The notes under the pieces were generated by a model. That model was given only the letters and a program-made list of their open reading frames with translations, had not been told where the DNA came from and did not search any database. A stretch of DNA of 64,000 bases from the human T2T-CHM13v2.0 reference genome, Homo sapiens: assembly GCF_009914755.1 (NCBI RefSeq), contig NC_060935.1; one strand, given 5' to 3'. Numbering within the stretch: the first letter of the stretch is position 1; each line of letters begins with the position of its first letter. Positions 45,806 through 57,785 of this stretch are shown here, in pieces. The position numbers and the translations under genes were made by a program.

Positions 45806-48800
45806 TATAGCGGCCGTGGGTACTGTCTTCCACCCGTCCACATCCTTCCTGGGCACCGAACACTGCCAGCACCAAGCCAGGCACGGGGCCAGCAAAATGC
45901 CCTGCCCGCCTGGGGACACACATGCTGGAACGTTCACTGTGTGTCACACACGTGCAGGTGGTCTCGGGGGGCAGATGCCACATGGGAGGAATGGGCCCCT
46001 GTCAGCTGTGTTCTCCATTGTGGTCGGGGGTGGGGGCAGGTAGTGGAGGACCTGCCGGCTCTGCCTGGGCCCTGCGGCCACCCACCCCGGACACTGTGGC
46101 ACTGGGAGGGGTGCAGATGAGGAGCCGGTCCAGGGCTAGGGCCCTTCCTGTCTAGCCATGGCCCTCCCCAGGCTCCTCGTGGTGCTGGGACCCTGTGGCG
46201 TCTGCTCCTCTGGCCCAGTGGCTGCCGGCGGCGGGGCCGTGTGACCCTCCTTCCTTCCATCCCTGCTGGTGCATGCCCAGCTCCCAGCCTGGCCTCAATG
46301 CGGGGCATGAGGGCTCATTTCATTCAGGCCACATGAGTGTCAGGACAGCCACCGTTGGGCATCAGGGAGGACCAGCAGACAGAATAGTGGTGGAGCCGGT
46401 CACAGAGCTGCACGGGGCAGGGTGGAGCCGGTCACAGAGCTGCATGGGGCAGGGGACGCCCTGCCCACTCCGCAGGCCTCTAGGCTCCCGTCTTCACAGA
46501 GTTCTCCTGCTGAGGCACCTGGCCTGTGTCCTCAGCACATGCCCCCGGCATCACACCTCACCCGTGAGCAACTGATGCACGGCTACCCTCGCGGGTCTGT
46601 ATTTTGGGATTTCCTGCCAGTGTCTGTGAGTCGGGGCTCACGCCCGGGGTGCGGGTGCCCTCCTGGAAGTGTCTGTGTCTCATAGTGAGTCTGTCTGCCT
46701 GGGATTGTCACAACCTGGAAGAATAGGTCGCTCTTCCAGTCCCCCACCTTCCTGCACGGTCCAGGGTCGCTCAGGAGCCCCTGGGACCAGGGCCAGCATA
46801 CCCTGGAGTATGTTCCTGGAGCCAGGGAACATCACTCCTGGGCCAGCAGCCCCACCTCCTGCAGGCTGCACCGAGCCCCTTCGGGCCCATGCCAACCGCC
46901 GGTGCAGCCTCTGCCCGTCCTCTCTGGTCTCCAGGGAAGGCGGCAGCAGCCGTGGGTGGTATGGAAGCCCCTGCTCTGCTGCGTCGTGCCAGAGCGGACT
47001 GTGGGGACACAGCAGGGAGTTTGCCGACTTTGAGGAGGAGGAAAGGACCTTATGCCCTGTTCGGGAGGCGGAGAGGCCCTCAGGGAGCTGTCCAGCACCA
47101 GCCGTGCTGAAGTCTGCAGCTTCCTCCTCCCGCGAGGGCGCCTGCCTTGGCGCTGGGTCCTCACAGCCCAGCTGCAGCTGGAAAGAAGCTATGTGAGGGC
47201 CGGTGATTTTTGGCAAGATCCCAAACCTGTCGTCAGCTGTGGGTCTCTGGTTCTGTGCTGAGGAGGGGCAGGAGGAAACCAGATGTGTTCGGTGCCTCCT
47301 GCTGGCCAGTCCCCCAGCCCTGGGCCCTGAGCAGACCCACAGGACCCACCCCTCGTGCCCCGCCAGGGCCTCTCTGTCTTTAACTTACAGGGGAGAGGGA
47401 GGGCCAGGGCCCCGCAGAGCTGAGGGTGCCCCTGCGTGTGGGTGCCGGAGAGCAGGCATGGAGCAGCCTGGGGAAGGCTGGGGGGCCTGACCTTGCGCTC
47501 TCCAGAGGCGGTGGGTGTCGGGGCTCCCCGGGGCGGGGCAGGCACAGCAGGCTGTGGTGGGGTCTGATCCATGTCCCCTGGAGCGCACTCCTGGGAGCCC
47601 TTTGTGACAGACTCCTCCAAGTCACCTTGTTTCAGGGCTCATGTGGCCTAAGGGTAGGTTAGTTGCAGGAGTTTGAGAAGGTGGCCTTGGGGGTGGATGG
47701 TCATGGGCAGAGGAGCTACTGCCGCAAACTCAGCTCCAAGCTGCCTCCACCTGAACCTTGTCCGTGCCTGAGCCCCGCCTCCGGGGAGGAGCATCGCAAA
47801 GGATGGGTGGTGCTGCGTGTAACCCTCTGGCTGCCCCACCCTTCTCCGGGGACTTGCCCCTCAGGCCAGCCCAGCCAGCCCTCCTGACTCCTCCTGGGGG
47901 GTGAGGGGCAGCGTCTCCCTGGAGCTCCCCACACACAGGAGAGGGTTCTCTAGGGCCTCATCTGATCCTGCCTGGGCACTGGCAGAGGGCCAGGACTCAG
48001 GAGGCCAGGACAGAAAAGGCCACTGAGGCCCACAGCCCCTCACTCAGGGACACAGGGTCTCCTGCCAAAGGCAGAGGGAGTGGAGTGGGGGCAGCTGACA
48101 CACGGGGAGGGAACAGGCCCCCAGCAGAGGAGGCGGGAGCGGCGCTGAGCTCGGCAGAGTGAGGGGCTGTGACTGCCTCTGAGGAGATGGAGGGCTCGGA
48201 TCTGCTTGGAGGTTTGTTGACCCTAAACCCCAAATCCCCGGGGATTTGTGACTCATCGTAAAGTGCACAGATGAGCGCCCTCTCCAGCAAAAGCCAGAGC
48301 CGCCGAGGGCGTTTGCAGATGGCGTGGGTGGGAGGACGGGCGGGGCCCCCCAGGGCCACCACGGGGTAGGTGCCTGGCTGCAGACCTCTGCCCGGCCTCT
48401 CACCCATGGGGTGTTGAGTCCCCCATTCCACAGCTCAACTGTGGGGTCAGCTGGCTTGGGGCCTTATCCTCGGGGGGCCTGTGTCACGCTACCCTTCCCC
48501 TGGGGCAGTGCCCTTGTCACTGCCTGCTGTGACCGGACTGGCCAGCCTTGTCTGCTGGAGGGAACGTGGCAGTTGTCCCCCAGCCCAGGATGGAGGCTGC
48601 TGTGCGTGGCAGAGCACGTGAGGCAGCCACCCCTCACCGCAGGCCACAGCGTCACTGGCTCACCGGTCACTGTGGGGTCCTCCCCACCAGGGCTACCCTG
48701 CTGGTGCCCCTGCTGGTGCTGGGGTTGGAGCTGAAGGCTGCTCTTGGGCCTGGGGGCCCTGCGCTCCTGGTCTCAGCCCCCTCTCTGCTCCTTCCACTCA

Positions 48801-50298
48801 GGAGGCCACGAAACCCGCAGGCTCATGGGATGGGCAGGGGCTGCGGAGGAGGGGCCCAGGCGGTTGGAGCTGGCTGTTTGGTGTGAAAGGGGGATAACTG
48901 ATACCCCACCTCTGACGGTGTGTCCTGAGCTCCCATCACCCCAGTTCAGTGGTGTCTGACAGCCCCCTTAGGTCCCTCACCTGCTGGTGACAGTCCTGTT
49001 GTGGCACCTGGTGCACTGATGGTCGCCTGTGGACCCCCATGCTGGTGAGACAGAAGTGGGCTCTGTTCTGGGCTCTGTGGCTCCTGGTGGCGTTGGATAA
49101 ACCAAGCCCCCACAGGGCCTGTGCAGAGAGTGACCTGGAAGTGTCCTGGCTTCTCTGGGGGAAACACGTTGAGCGCTTCCCCACGTGGGGAGGCGGCCGG
49201 GCTCCAGGCCCCACTGCCCAACTTGGGACGGTGGCATCACGGGAGTTGGGATGGGAGGCGGGCGGTGGGCCTGGTCAGATGGGGCGAATGGGGTGAGCCT
49301 GGCCTGGAGTTGTACCCAAGCCCCTGCCCCTCTCCTGGGCTTCGCTCTTTGACCAGTGAAGTGTGAGCAGAGTTCACATCTGTCTGGGTGAAAGCTTCCA
49401 GAGCCAGCACCCTCTCCACTGTCCCACAGAAGCTGGTGTGGGCACACAGCACCTCCAGCCTGGCCCTGGGAGGTTGGAGACTCAGCCCTGCGGCCACCCT
49501 TTGATTGCTGCCTGCCCCAGCTGCCCGCAATCTGGGTGCGCGGAGCTGTGTCCCTGCCCAGGGCCTCACTCCTCTGTGTTCCCCTCCTGTCTCTGGGCCC
49601 CGTGTCCTTGATGCTGCCCCTTTTCCTGACCCTGCTCTCCTATCACGTCCCCTCTTCAGGGGAGTGGCCACGGGAGGAGGCCGTCGTCCCAGCCAGCCCT
49701 CCGCCTGCCTCAGCCTCCCAGGGCAGACGTCCCTTTGGCCGAGAGTTGCACCTGCCTCTGATCCTTGCCCTTGCTCTGTCTTCCCCTCCGTCCCTGTCCC
49801 AGCACCCAGAGGAGGTTGGGGTGGGGAAAGGTCCTCGGGGGAGACCATCTGCACGGCCCCTCCCTGGATGCCACAGAGCACCAGCCTTGGGAGGGCAGAG
49901 GGGGCGCCCCGGAGGTGGATGCCCTGCCCTGGTTCCTGATGTGGCCCCTGCCTCTAAGACCACAAGGCACTCAGGGACAGATGCTAACGTTTGGGAGGGT
50001 AGGAGCAACGGGCGTGGGCTTGCAGCCCCTGCCTCTCCCCTCTCTGCCCTTCCCGCAAGCCGCCCGCTACCCACTGCCCACTAAGCAGCTCTATTCTTAC
50101 CGCGCCCTGGAGATTACTGCTGCGACGGCTCCTCTGGGACAGGCAGGCTCGCCGGGCTGGGGGCAGGGCTCAGCACTCCCGCTCTGTGGGAGGGTGGCCG
50201 CAGGGCCCTGCGTGGAGTCCCTCCCCAGCCCTCGCTGCCCCTGTGTCCTGACACAAGGCCCCCAAGGTGTGGCAGGCAGGCGGGCGTGCAGGCCTCTG

Positions 50299-50446
50299 TC
50301 TCTGGTGGTCTAGGGGGTGGGGGTGGCTCTCTGAGGGGTGTGGGCCTCCATCTCTGGTGGTCTAGGGGGTTGTAGGGGGGCTCTCTGAGGGGTGTGGGCC
50401 TCCATCTCTGGTGGTCTAGGGGGTTGTAGGGGGGCTCTCTGAGGGG
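50299..50446. repeat. ~53-bp tandem repeat, ~2.8 copies
   Basis: tctctggtggtctagggggt at 50299, 50351 and 50405. Confidence 0.8.
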
Positions 50447-51550
50447 CCTGAGCAGCCTCCAGCCCCTCCCCAGGGAGGTCAGTCACCCTGGGAGGGGGTT
50501 GGGAGCGGCCCGGGCCAGGCTGCCTCATCCACAGCCCTGGGCCAGTCAGTGGGGCAGGGAATGTGGACACTGCCCTCCTAGCCCTCTGCCTGGGATCCTC
50601 TACGTCTCCCCACTTGGGACAGGAGCTGACGTTGCTCCTGGAGCCCTGCGTGCCAGCTGGGGTGGGAGGTGTGTGCGTCTGTGTATGTGTGTGTGGTGTG
50701 TCTGCATATGCAGGTGTGTGTGTGCGTGCCCACCTGTGTGTGCAGGTGCCAGCCTTGCCCAGCCTTCCCCCTGTGGCTCGTGAAGCTCAGGATGGCTGGG
50801 GGAGCTGGTGGCAGCCCCACTGCATGATAGTTGAGAAGTTGGGATCCTAGGGCTTGCCTGCAGCCAGCACCCCACAGTTACAGGCAGCGAGCTGCCAGCC
50901 CCAGCCCCTTCCTCTAGGAAAACATGCCCTGTCCTGCCCAGGGGTCTGGGATGGGGGACCGACCAGCGGCGCCAGCTACCCCCAAGGGCACAGGCTTGGC
51001 CGTTGACCTTTGCTCCCCAGCTTTGAGGACCCAGGGTTGAGCCAGGAAGATGGGGTGCGGAGCTCTTGGGCTCAGGGCAGCCTAAAGATTGTGCTCTGTG
51101 CCGAGGTGGGGAGGTCCGTCCTTTCCTGAGTGTGGCCCCAGCCAGCAGCCCGCATCTCCAGCGCTCGGTCCTTCCTGCCTACCTGCGTGGCAGTGACCCC
51201 ATCCAGCCCCTGCTCCTTGGCCCCGCAGGCCCCACACCCCTTGCCGAGTGATTGGCCCAGCCCCAGGCGCCCCTTCTGTCCACGTCAGACGCTGGTCTGC
51301 ACCTGTGCCATTCCATCCCCAGCCTTCCCAGACCCCCACAAGCCCCCACAGGCTCCTAAACCCACCCAAGATACGGAGACAGGAACCTCCCAACTCTGTC
51401 CCAGCTCCTCACACTGTTTGTTGCCCGCTCCCCTGCCGAGGTCAGGGTGTCCCTCGGCCAGCGGCTCCTCCTGCCCAGCCTTCCCCTCCTCCTGCCTGGC
51501 CTTCCTCTCCCTGCCCAGCCGCCAGAGGTCCCTTCTTAGGAGATAAACTG

Positions 51551-51991
<441 letters not shown>

Positions 51992-54061
51992 TCAGGATGG
52001 GCCACACGGAGCTGGCATGAGGAGGCCTGCAGAGGCCAGGACAGCTGTGTGTCCAGCACTCGGCCGCCTGCTGGCTGTGCTGCTGGAGGGTGCGGGGGTG
52101 GGCCTGTCGCTGGGCCACATCCCAGGGCCTGTGGTGGGGCTGGCAGGGTGTCAGCCTGCAGCTTGGAAAAGAGGAGCCCAGGCATCTGCTCCCTCCACGA
52201 GGTACACGCATGTGTGTGCATGTCCATGTGCAGGTTTGTGTGCGCCTGCATATCTGTGTGTCTGTGTGCGTGTGTGTGTGTGGTGCGTCTGCATGTGCAG
52301 GTGTGTGCGTGCGTGCCTGCCTGTGCGTGCAAACGTGTGTGCGCATGTGTGTGGTCTGTGCATCCTTGTCTGCCTGCACCTAGGATGACAGGCGGAGGCT
52401 CCTAGGGTTTCCCAGGGAAGGGGGTCCCAACGTCACCACAGCGACTTGGTAGCCATTCCCTGGGCTGCCGAGGGTGGGGCCTGGCAGGTGCAGAGCGGAG
52501 GGAGCTGCAGGCCCTGGAGGAGGCTGCTGTGGTGGCTGTGGTGTCTGCGTGGGTCCCCCACATCTGATGTCTCCTTCCCACCCCTGCCCTCTCTGAGCTT
52601 GGTGTGGGTCACCGGCTCTGACTGGCTCCCGCTGGCCACCTCTGCTGTGTCCACGACAGCCCCACTGCCTGCAGAGGGCCCTGCTGCCCCCTATGCCCTC
52701 TGGCAACACCGTGGTGTCCCCACAGGAAGTAGGTTCCTGGCCCCACAGAGTCCACTTGGGGGGCTTCTCACATCGGACCCTTGGCCACAGTGCCACCCGT
52801 CTTCCTGCACGGGCCTCCCCTCCGAGGCCCTTGTTCCTGCCGCCTGCCCTGCATGACCTTCAAGGAAATTGCTGACCCCCAGGAGACCCCTTCCTTCATG
52901 GGGTGCCTCAGGCCCCACCTCTGCAGGGGTTCTAGCAGCCTGGTTCTAGCAGCTCTGCAGGGGTTCTAGACCCTCTAGGGGCCTCGACGCAGCCCCTAAA
53001 CTAGGACACTAGCTTCAGAGACTGAATCACCAAATAGTTACAGGATTCAATCAAAATGTTTCATCGGGCTAATCTTTCAATATTGAATTGTGAAAACCAG
53101 TTAATAGAAGTCTAACGTGATCAACTGGCTCCGCTGGGATTGGGTCCCGCCGCCTCCAGGCAGGTGCCACCTCCAGGAGGGCTTTCCCAGAGTGTGGGGC
53201 GGGCCCGGCAGGGAGGGGCTGTTTGCTGCTCCATTTGCCCAGTGTGCCCTCAGATCCACAGCCTCAGGGCACCTGTGCCCTCCAGGGAAGGCCGCCTGGG
53301 TCTCCTGCCCACCCTGGAGCTGAGCCCACCTGCCCTGCAGCTAGAGGGGGCAGGGGCTGCCTGGGCACCTCCTCCATCACCTCCTGGTGGAGGGGTTCCT
53401 GGTCCCAGGTCCTTCCACTCCAGAATCCACCTTTGAGCCCCATACTCTCTGCAGCCCATCCTCTGGCCTCCCTGGGGCAAACTGTGAGGCTTATGGCGTG
53501 GGGAGCACAGGCGGGCCTGGCCTCGGGCCCCAGCCTCCCTCCGCCTGTTCCTAGAGCCCACAGTTCCACTGCTGGAGCTTTCTCTTGGCCACCTGACCAG
53601 TTCCCCTCCCTGTGTCCAGCAGTCCTCTGCAGTCCCACACTCATGCCCCAGGAATCCATCCAGCTCCTGCTGATCCTCTCATAGCCCCTGGCTTTGGGGA
53701 GGGTGGAGTCCAGGGTCCCAGGTCACCATCCACCTTAGAAGTCCAGCGTCCAGCCCCAGGGCAGCAGCCACGGGAGAACTGGGGAGAAGGCTGTATGGGG
53801 TGGGGGTCTTCACACAGCGGCCACCAGGCTGGGGGTATCCTGAGGTCAAAGCCTGTGCCACGTCCCCCCATCTTCCCAGGAGACACCTGAGTGCTATGGC
53901 CACTCCTTGTCAGGTCCAGGGCCTGGACCCTCAAGGACACCCCTGTGGCTGCCATCCTGACAGGCGGAATTCATCGCAGACCCTCAACCTGATGGCACAG
54001 GTCAGGGTTCACGTCGGAACCCTCCCCGCTGGTCCTTACTAGATCTGAGAGTGAGTCAGGT

Positions 54062-54470
54062 GGGGTGTGTGTGTGTGCACATCTGCCTGTGCAGGGGTAT
54101 GTGTGTGCACGTCTGCCTGTGCAGGGGTGTGTGTGTGTTTGTGCAAGGGTGTGTGTTTGCCTGTGCTGGTGTGTGTGTGTGTGTGTGTGTGGCTGTGCTG
54201 GGGTGTGTGTGCATATCTGCCTGTACAGGGGTGTGTATGTCTGCCTTATGGAGGTTTATGTGTGTCTGCCTGTGCAAGGGTGTGTGTGTGTATGTATCTG
54301 TATACAGGTGTTTGCCTGTGCAGGTGTGTGTGTGTGTGTGTGTATGTCTGTGCAGGGGTGTGCATATGTGTCTGCCTATGCAGGGATGTATGTGTGTCTG
54401 CCTGTACAGGGGTGTGTGTGTATGTGTGTGCCTGTGTAAGGGTGTGTGTACACACATCTGTGTGTGCCGT
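54062..54470. repeat. (TG)n-rich degenerate repeat
   Basis: TG runs punctuated by tctgcctgtgcagggg; related shorter tracts at ~50668-50748 and ~52205-52365. Confidence 0.92.
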
Positions 54471-55229
54471 CTGACCCTGGAGGCATGGGCCTGGCTTTCC
54501 TCAGGGCCTGCATTTCCCTCTCTGTTTCTCTGCCCCGCCCCAGCCATCCCCTTCACCCCTTGCAGCCTGGAGCTGGGGGAGTCAGGGAGAGGCTGGGGCT
54601 GCAGACGGGGCAGCTGGCATCCTCATGCTCCCGTGCCCGCCTCTTCTCCCTGTGCTCAGTCGTGCTGCTTGGGCCGTGGGAGTGGAGCTCCTTCGCACAG
54701 GTGTTAGTCATCTGTGTTTCCTTAGCGATTTACCTGTCCTTGGCTCATGTAAAACAGTTGGAGTGTTGGTGGTTTTGTAACGAACTGGTCAGAGCACCTT
54801 CCGTGAGAAGGGCCTTTTCCCCCAGTTCACCGGGGCTCCCCTGCTCAGGGTGTGCCGGGGGCTTTGAGTCACTTCTGTGTCTCCTTGGAGGCTGTGTGGC
54901 GTCCGTGGAAGTTGGCGTCTGTGCGGTGTGGTTCTGTTTATGGGTGTTGTAGAGAAGGCGCCGTCCAGAGACAGAGCCACTGCTGAGGTGGGTGGGGGGT
55001 GTATGAAGGGCACAAGGACGCTTTGGGGTTGTCAGGTATGACGGCCCTCAGGTCATGGTTTCACACGCGTGTGCTTTAAATGCGTGCTGGCTGTCACGTG
55101 TCAGTCGTGCCTCCACAGAGCTTCAGGAACCACCGAGATGGGGAGCCTGCCGGAGACACAGGTTTTCTGAGCGCACCAGCGGCTCCAAAAGCAGAGGGAA
55201 GAGCCCTGCGTGCAGGTGGGGCGCTCATG

Positions 55230-55806
55230 GCGTCGGCCTCGCAGAGCGGTGACGGACACAGAGTCCGTGTTTGGGGGGGTTTGGGACGTCGGCCTCGCAG
55301 AGCGGTGACGGTCGCAGAGTCTGTGTTTTGGGGGGTTTGTGACGAGTCCGTGTTTGGGGGGGTTTGTGACGTCGGCCTCGCAGAGCGGTGACGGTCGCAG
55401 AGTCTGTGTTTTGGGGGGTTTGTGACGAGTCTGTGTTTGGGGGGGTTTGTGACGTCGGCCTCGCAGAGCGGTGACGGTCGCAGAGTCTGTGTTTTGGGGG
55501 GTTTGTGACGAGTTCGTGTTTGGGGGGGTTTGTGACGTCGGCCTCGCAGAGTGGTGACGGACACAGAGTCCGTGTTTGGGGGGGTTTGTGACGTCGGCCT
55601 CGCAGAGCGGTGACAGTTGCAGAGTCCGTGTTTGGGGGGGTTTGTGACGTCGGCCTCGCAGAGCGGTGACAGTTGCAGAGTCCGTGTTTGGGGGGGTTTG
55701 TGACGTCGGCCTCGCAGAGCGGTGACGGTCGCAGAGTCCGTGTTTGGGGGGGTTTGTGACGTCGGCCTCGCAGAGCGGTGACAGTTGCAGAGTCCGTGTT
55801 TGGGGG
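55230..55806. repeat. CpG-rich composite VNTR (56-bp and ~82-bp units)
   Basis: Core gacgtcggcctcgcagagcggtgac...gtgtttgggggggtttgt, about 9 cores. Confidence 0.95.
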
Positions 55807-56760
55807 CGCCGTGAAAGCACCCAGCGTAGTCATGCTGCTGTGTGCGATGGGTGCTGGGCCCGCAGACTTCGGTGCTTCAAAGGCCTCACTGCTGAGCACG
55901 AGACGCCGCTTTTGATGTCGTCAGGCTCTCTGGTCCCCGGGAGTGGACTCGGGGGCTCCGAGTGCAGGGCTCACACTGTGTCTTTGAGGGCTGGTCACCC
56001 ACCCAGGCACACCTGTGGCCCTGAGTCAGCACTGCCTGACGCCCACCCTCAGGAGCCCCCGCCTGCCTAGGGTGGGACCATGGGGGAGGCTGGTCCTCCA
56101 TTCTCAGGGGCTGGGGGACACCCCTTCTGGTTGAGAAGGCCACAGGTGGCCCCCCCGCCACCCGGCAGGCACAGCAGGGCACCACCGAGACCACTGTGGC
56201 CTGAGGAGGAGCTTCAGCAGCCACTTGGTAGGAGGGCCTTCGACGGCCCTTTTGTGCAGAAGGTGGGTGTTCCCCAGTCTCAGAGGCCAGGGCCCTTGCT
56301 GGCTGGGGTGGGGGCTCCAGCCCAGGGCCCCGCTGAGGGGGGCAGGAGCAGGGGCGGAGAGAACAGCCGTGCGTCTGCCTTTTCTGCTCCCATCACCATG
56401 GCAACAGATGGAGATTTGGCAGGAAGGAGGAGGGGGCGGGCTTTGGAGGAGGCAGCCCAGGTTTGGAGACCAGCTGGGGATCCTCAGGGGCCTAGGGTGG
56501 GGGCTCCAGTCTCAGGCTGGCTAGTTCCTCCTTCCTGGTCACTGAGCCAGCCTTGCTGAGGGGAGAGCGGGTTCTGGACGTGCTCTGAGCTTCCTTCCTC
56601 ACAGCCTTGCTCCTGGGCCAGATCAGCAGGAAAGCAGCCAGTGCCCCGCCATGGCCTGCCCGGGTGGGGTCCTGAAGCTGGGGCCGGAGCAGGGGGCACA
56701 GTTCTGCCCCATCTGGCCCTAGTTTGGGGAGGGAGCCTGGTAGGGCACCAGCCTCACCCC

Positions 56761-56989
56761 ATGAGCCCTGAGGGCCACCCCAGCCGATGGGCACGTCCCC
56801 GCCGGCCCTGCATCTGTCCTTCCTCCCTCTGCTCCCCAAGAGAGCCCAGGTCTGGCCCAGCGGTGGGCAGGGGAGGGGCCGCACATCACAGAGTGCCAGC
56901 TGGCCACACTCCCGGCCCACAGCTGCTCCAGCCGCACCTCCACCTTCCTCAAGGCCAGACCTGGCTCTGCCTGCAGCCCAGCCCAGCAG
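56761..56989 (+). CDS. BRSK2: Probable alternative first coding exon of BRSK2 (MSPEGHPSRW...LQPSPA-G)
   Basis: ATG at 56761, open for 76 codons + 1 nt. It ends at CAG|GTGCGTGC, the same donor and same phase 1 as canonical exon 1. The peptide matches my recollection of a BRSK2 isoform N-terminus (not verified). Confidence 0.72.
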
Positions 56990-57311
56990 GTGCGTGCCAC
57001 GCTCCCTGGCTGGCCAGGGCCCCTCGAGGGAGGAGTGTGTTCATGTGTGAGGGATGCAGCCCCCACGGCAGGGACGGGGGACCTCGCCAGCACTGGTGGG
57101 CTGCACCTGCTGGGAGGGCCAGCTGTGCGGGTTCCTACGCTGGCGCTGCCTGCCCCTATGTGGAGAGGCGCCTGCCCCTATGTGGAGAGGCTCCTGCCCA
57201 CTGGCCCGGCCTGGCATCCGGGCCCTCATCTTGCCCTCCCAAAAAGAGCTCTGCCCCCTGTGCTGCCCCATCCTGTGGGGAACGTGGCCTTGGTCACCAG
57301 CCTTAACAGCA

Positions 57312-57785
57312 GTCCTGCGGTGGGTGGAGTCTCAGCTGCGCCGCCCCGTCCTGCGGTGGGTGGAGTCTCAGCTGCGCCGCCCCGTCCTGCGGTGGGTGGA
57401 GTCTCAGCTGCGCCGCCCCGTCCTGCGGTGGGTGGAGTCTCAGCTGCGCCGCCCCGTCCTGCGGTGGGTGGAGTCTCAGCTGCGCCGCCCCGTCCTGCGG
57501 TGGGTGGAGTCTCAGCTGCGCCGCCCCGTCCTGCGGTGGGTGGAGTCTCAGCTGCGCCGCCCCGTCCTGCGGTGGGTGGAGTCTCAGCTGCGCCGCCCCG
57601 TCCTGCGGTGGGTGGAGTCTCAGCTGCGCCGCCCCGTCCTGCGGTGGGTGGAGTCTCAGCTGCGCCGCCCCGTCCTGCGGTGGGTGGAGTCCCAGCTGCG
57701 CCGCCCCGTCCTGCGGTGGGTGGAGTCTCAGCTGCGCCGCCCCGTCCTGCGGTGGGTGGAGTCTCAGCTGTGCTGCCCCGTCCTG
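57312..57785. repeat. 36-bp near-perfect VNTR x13
   Basis: Unit gtcctgcggtgggtggagtctcagctgcgccgcccc. Confidence 0.98.

Noticed and set aside
54051-54707. Cys/Val- and His/Thr-rich ORFs
   Set aside because: (TG)n/(CA)n low-complexity translations.
57312-57785. 36-bp repeats as a CRISPR-like array
   Set aside because: Head-to-tail units with no unique spacers, in a primate intron, with no cas genes; the same applies to the 82-, 56- and 48-bp arrays.
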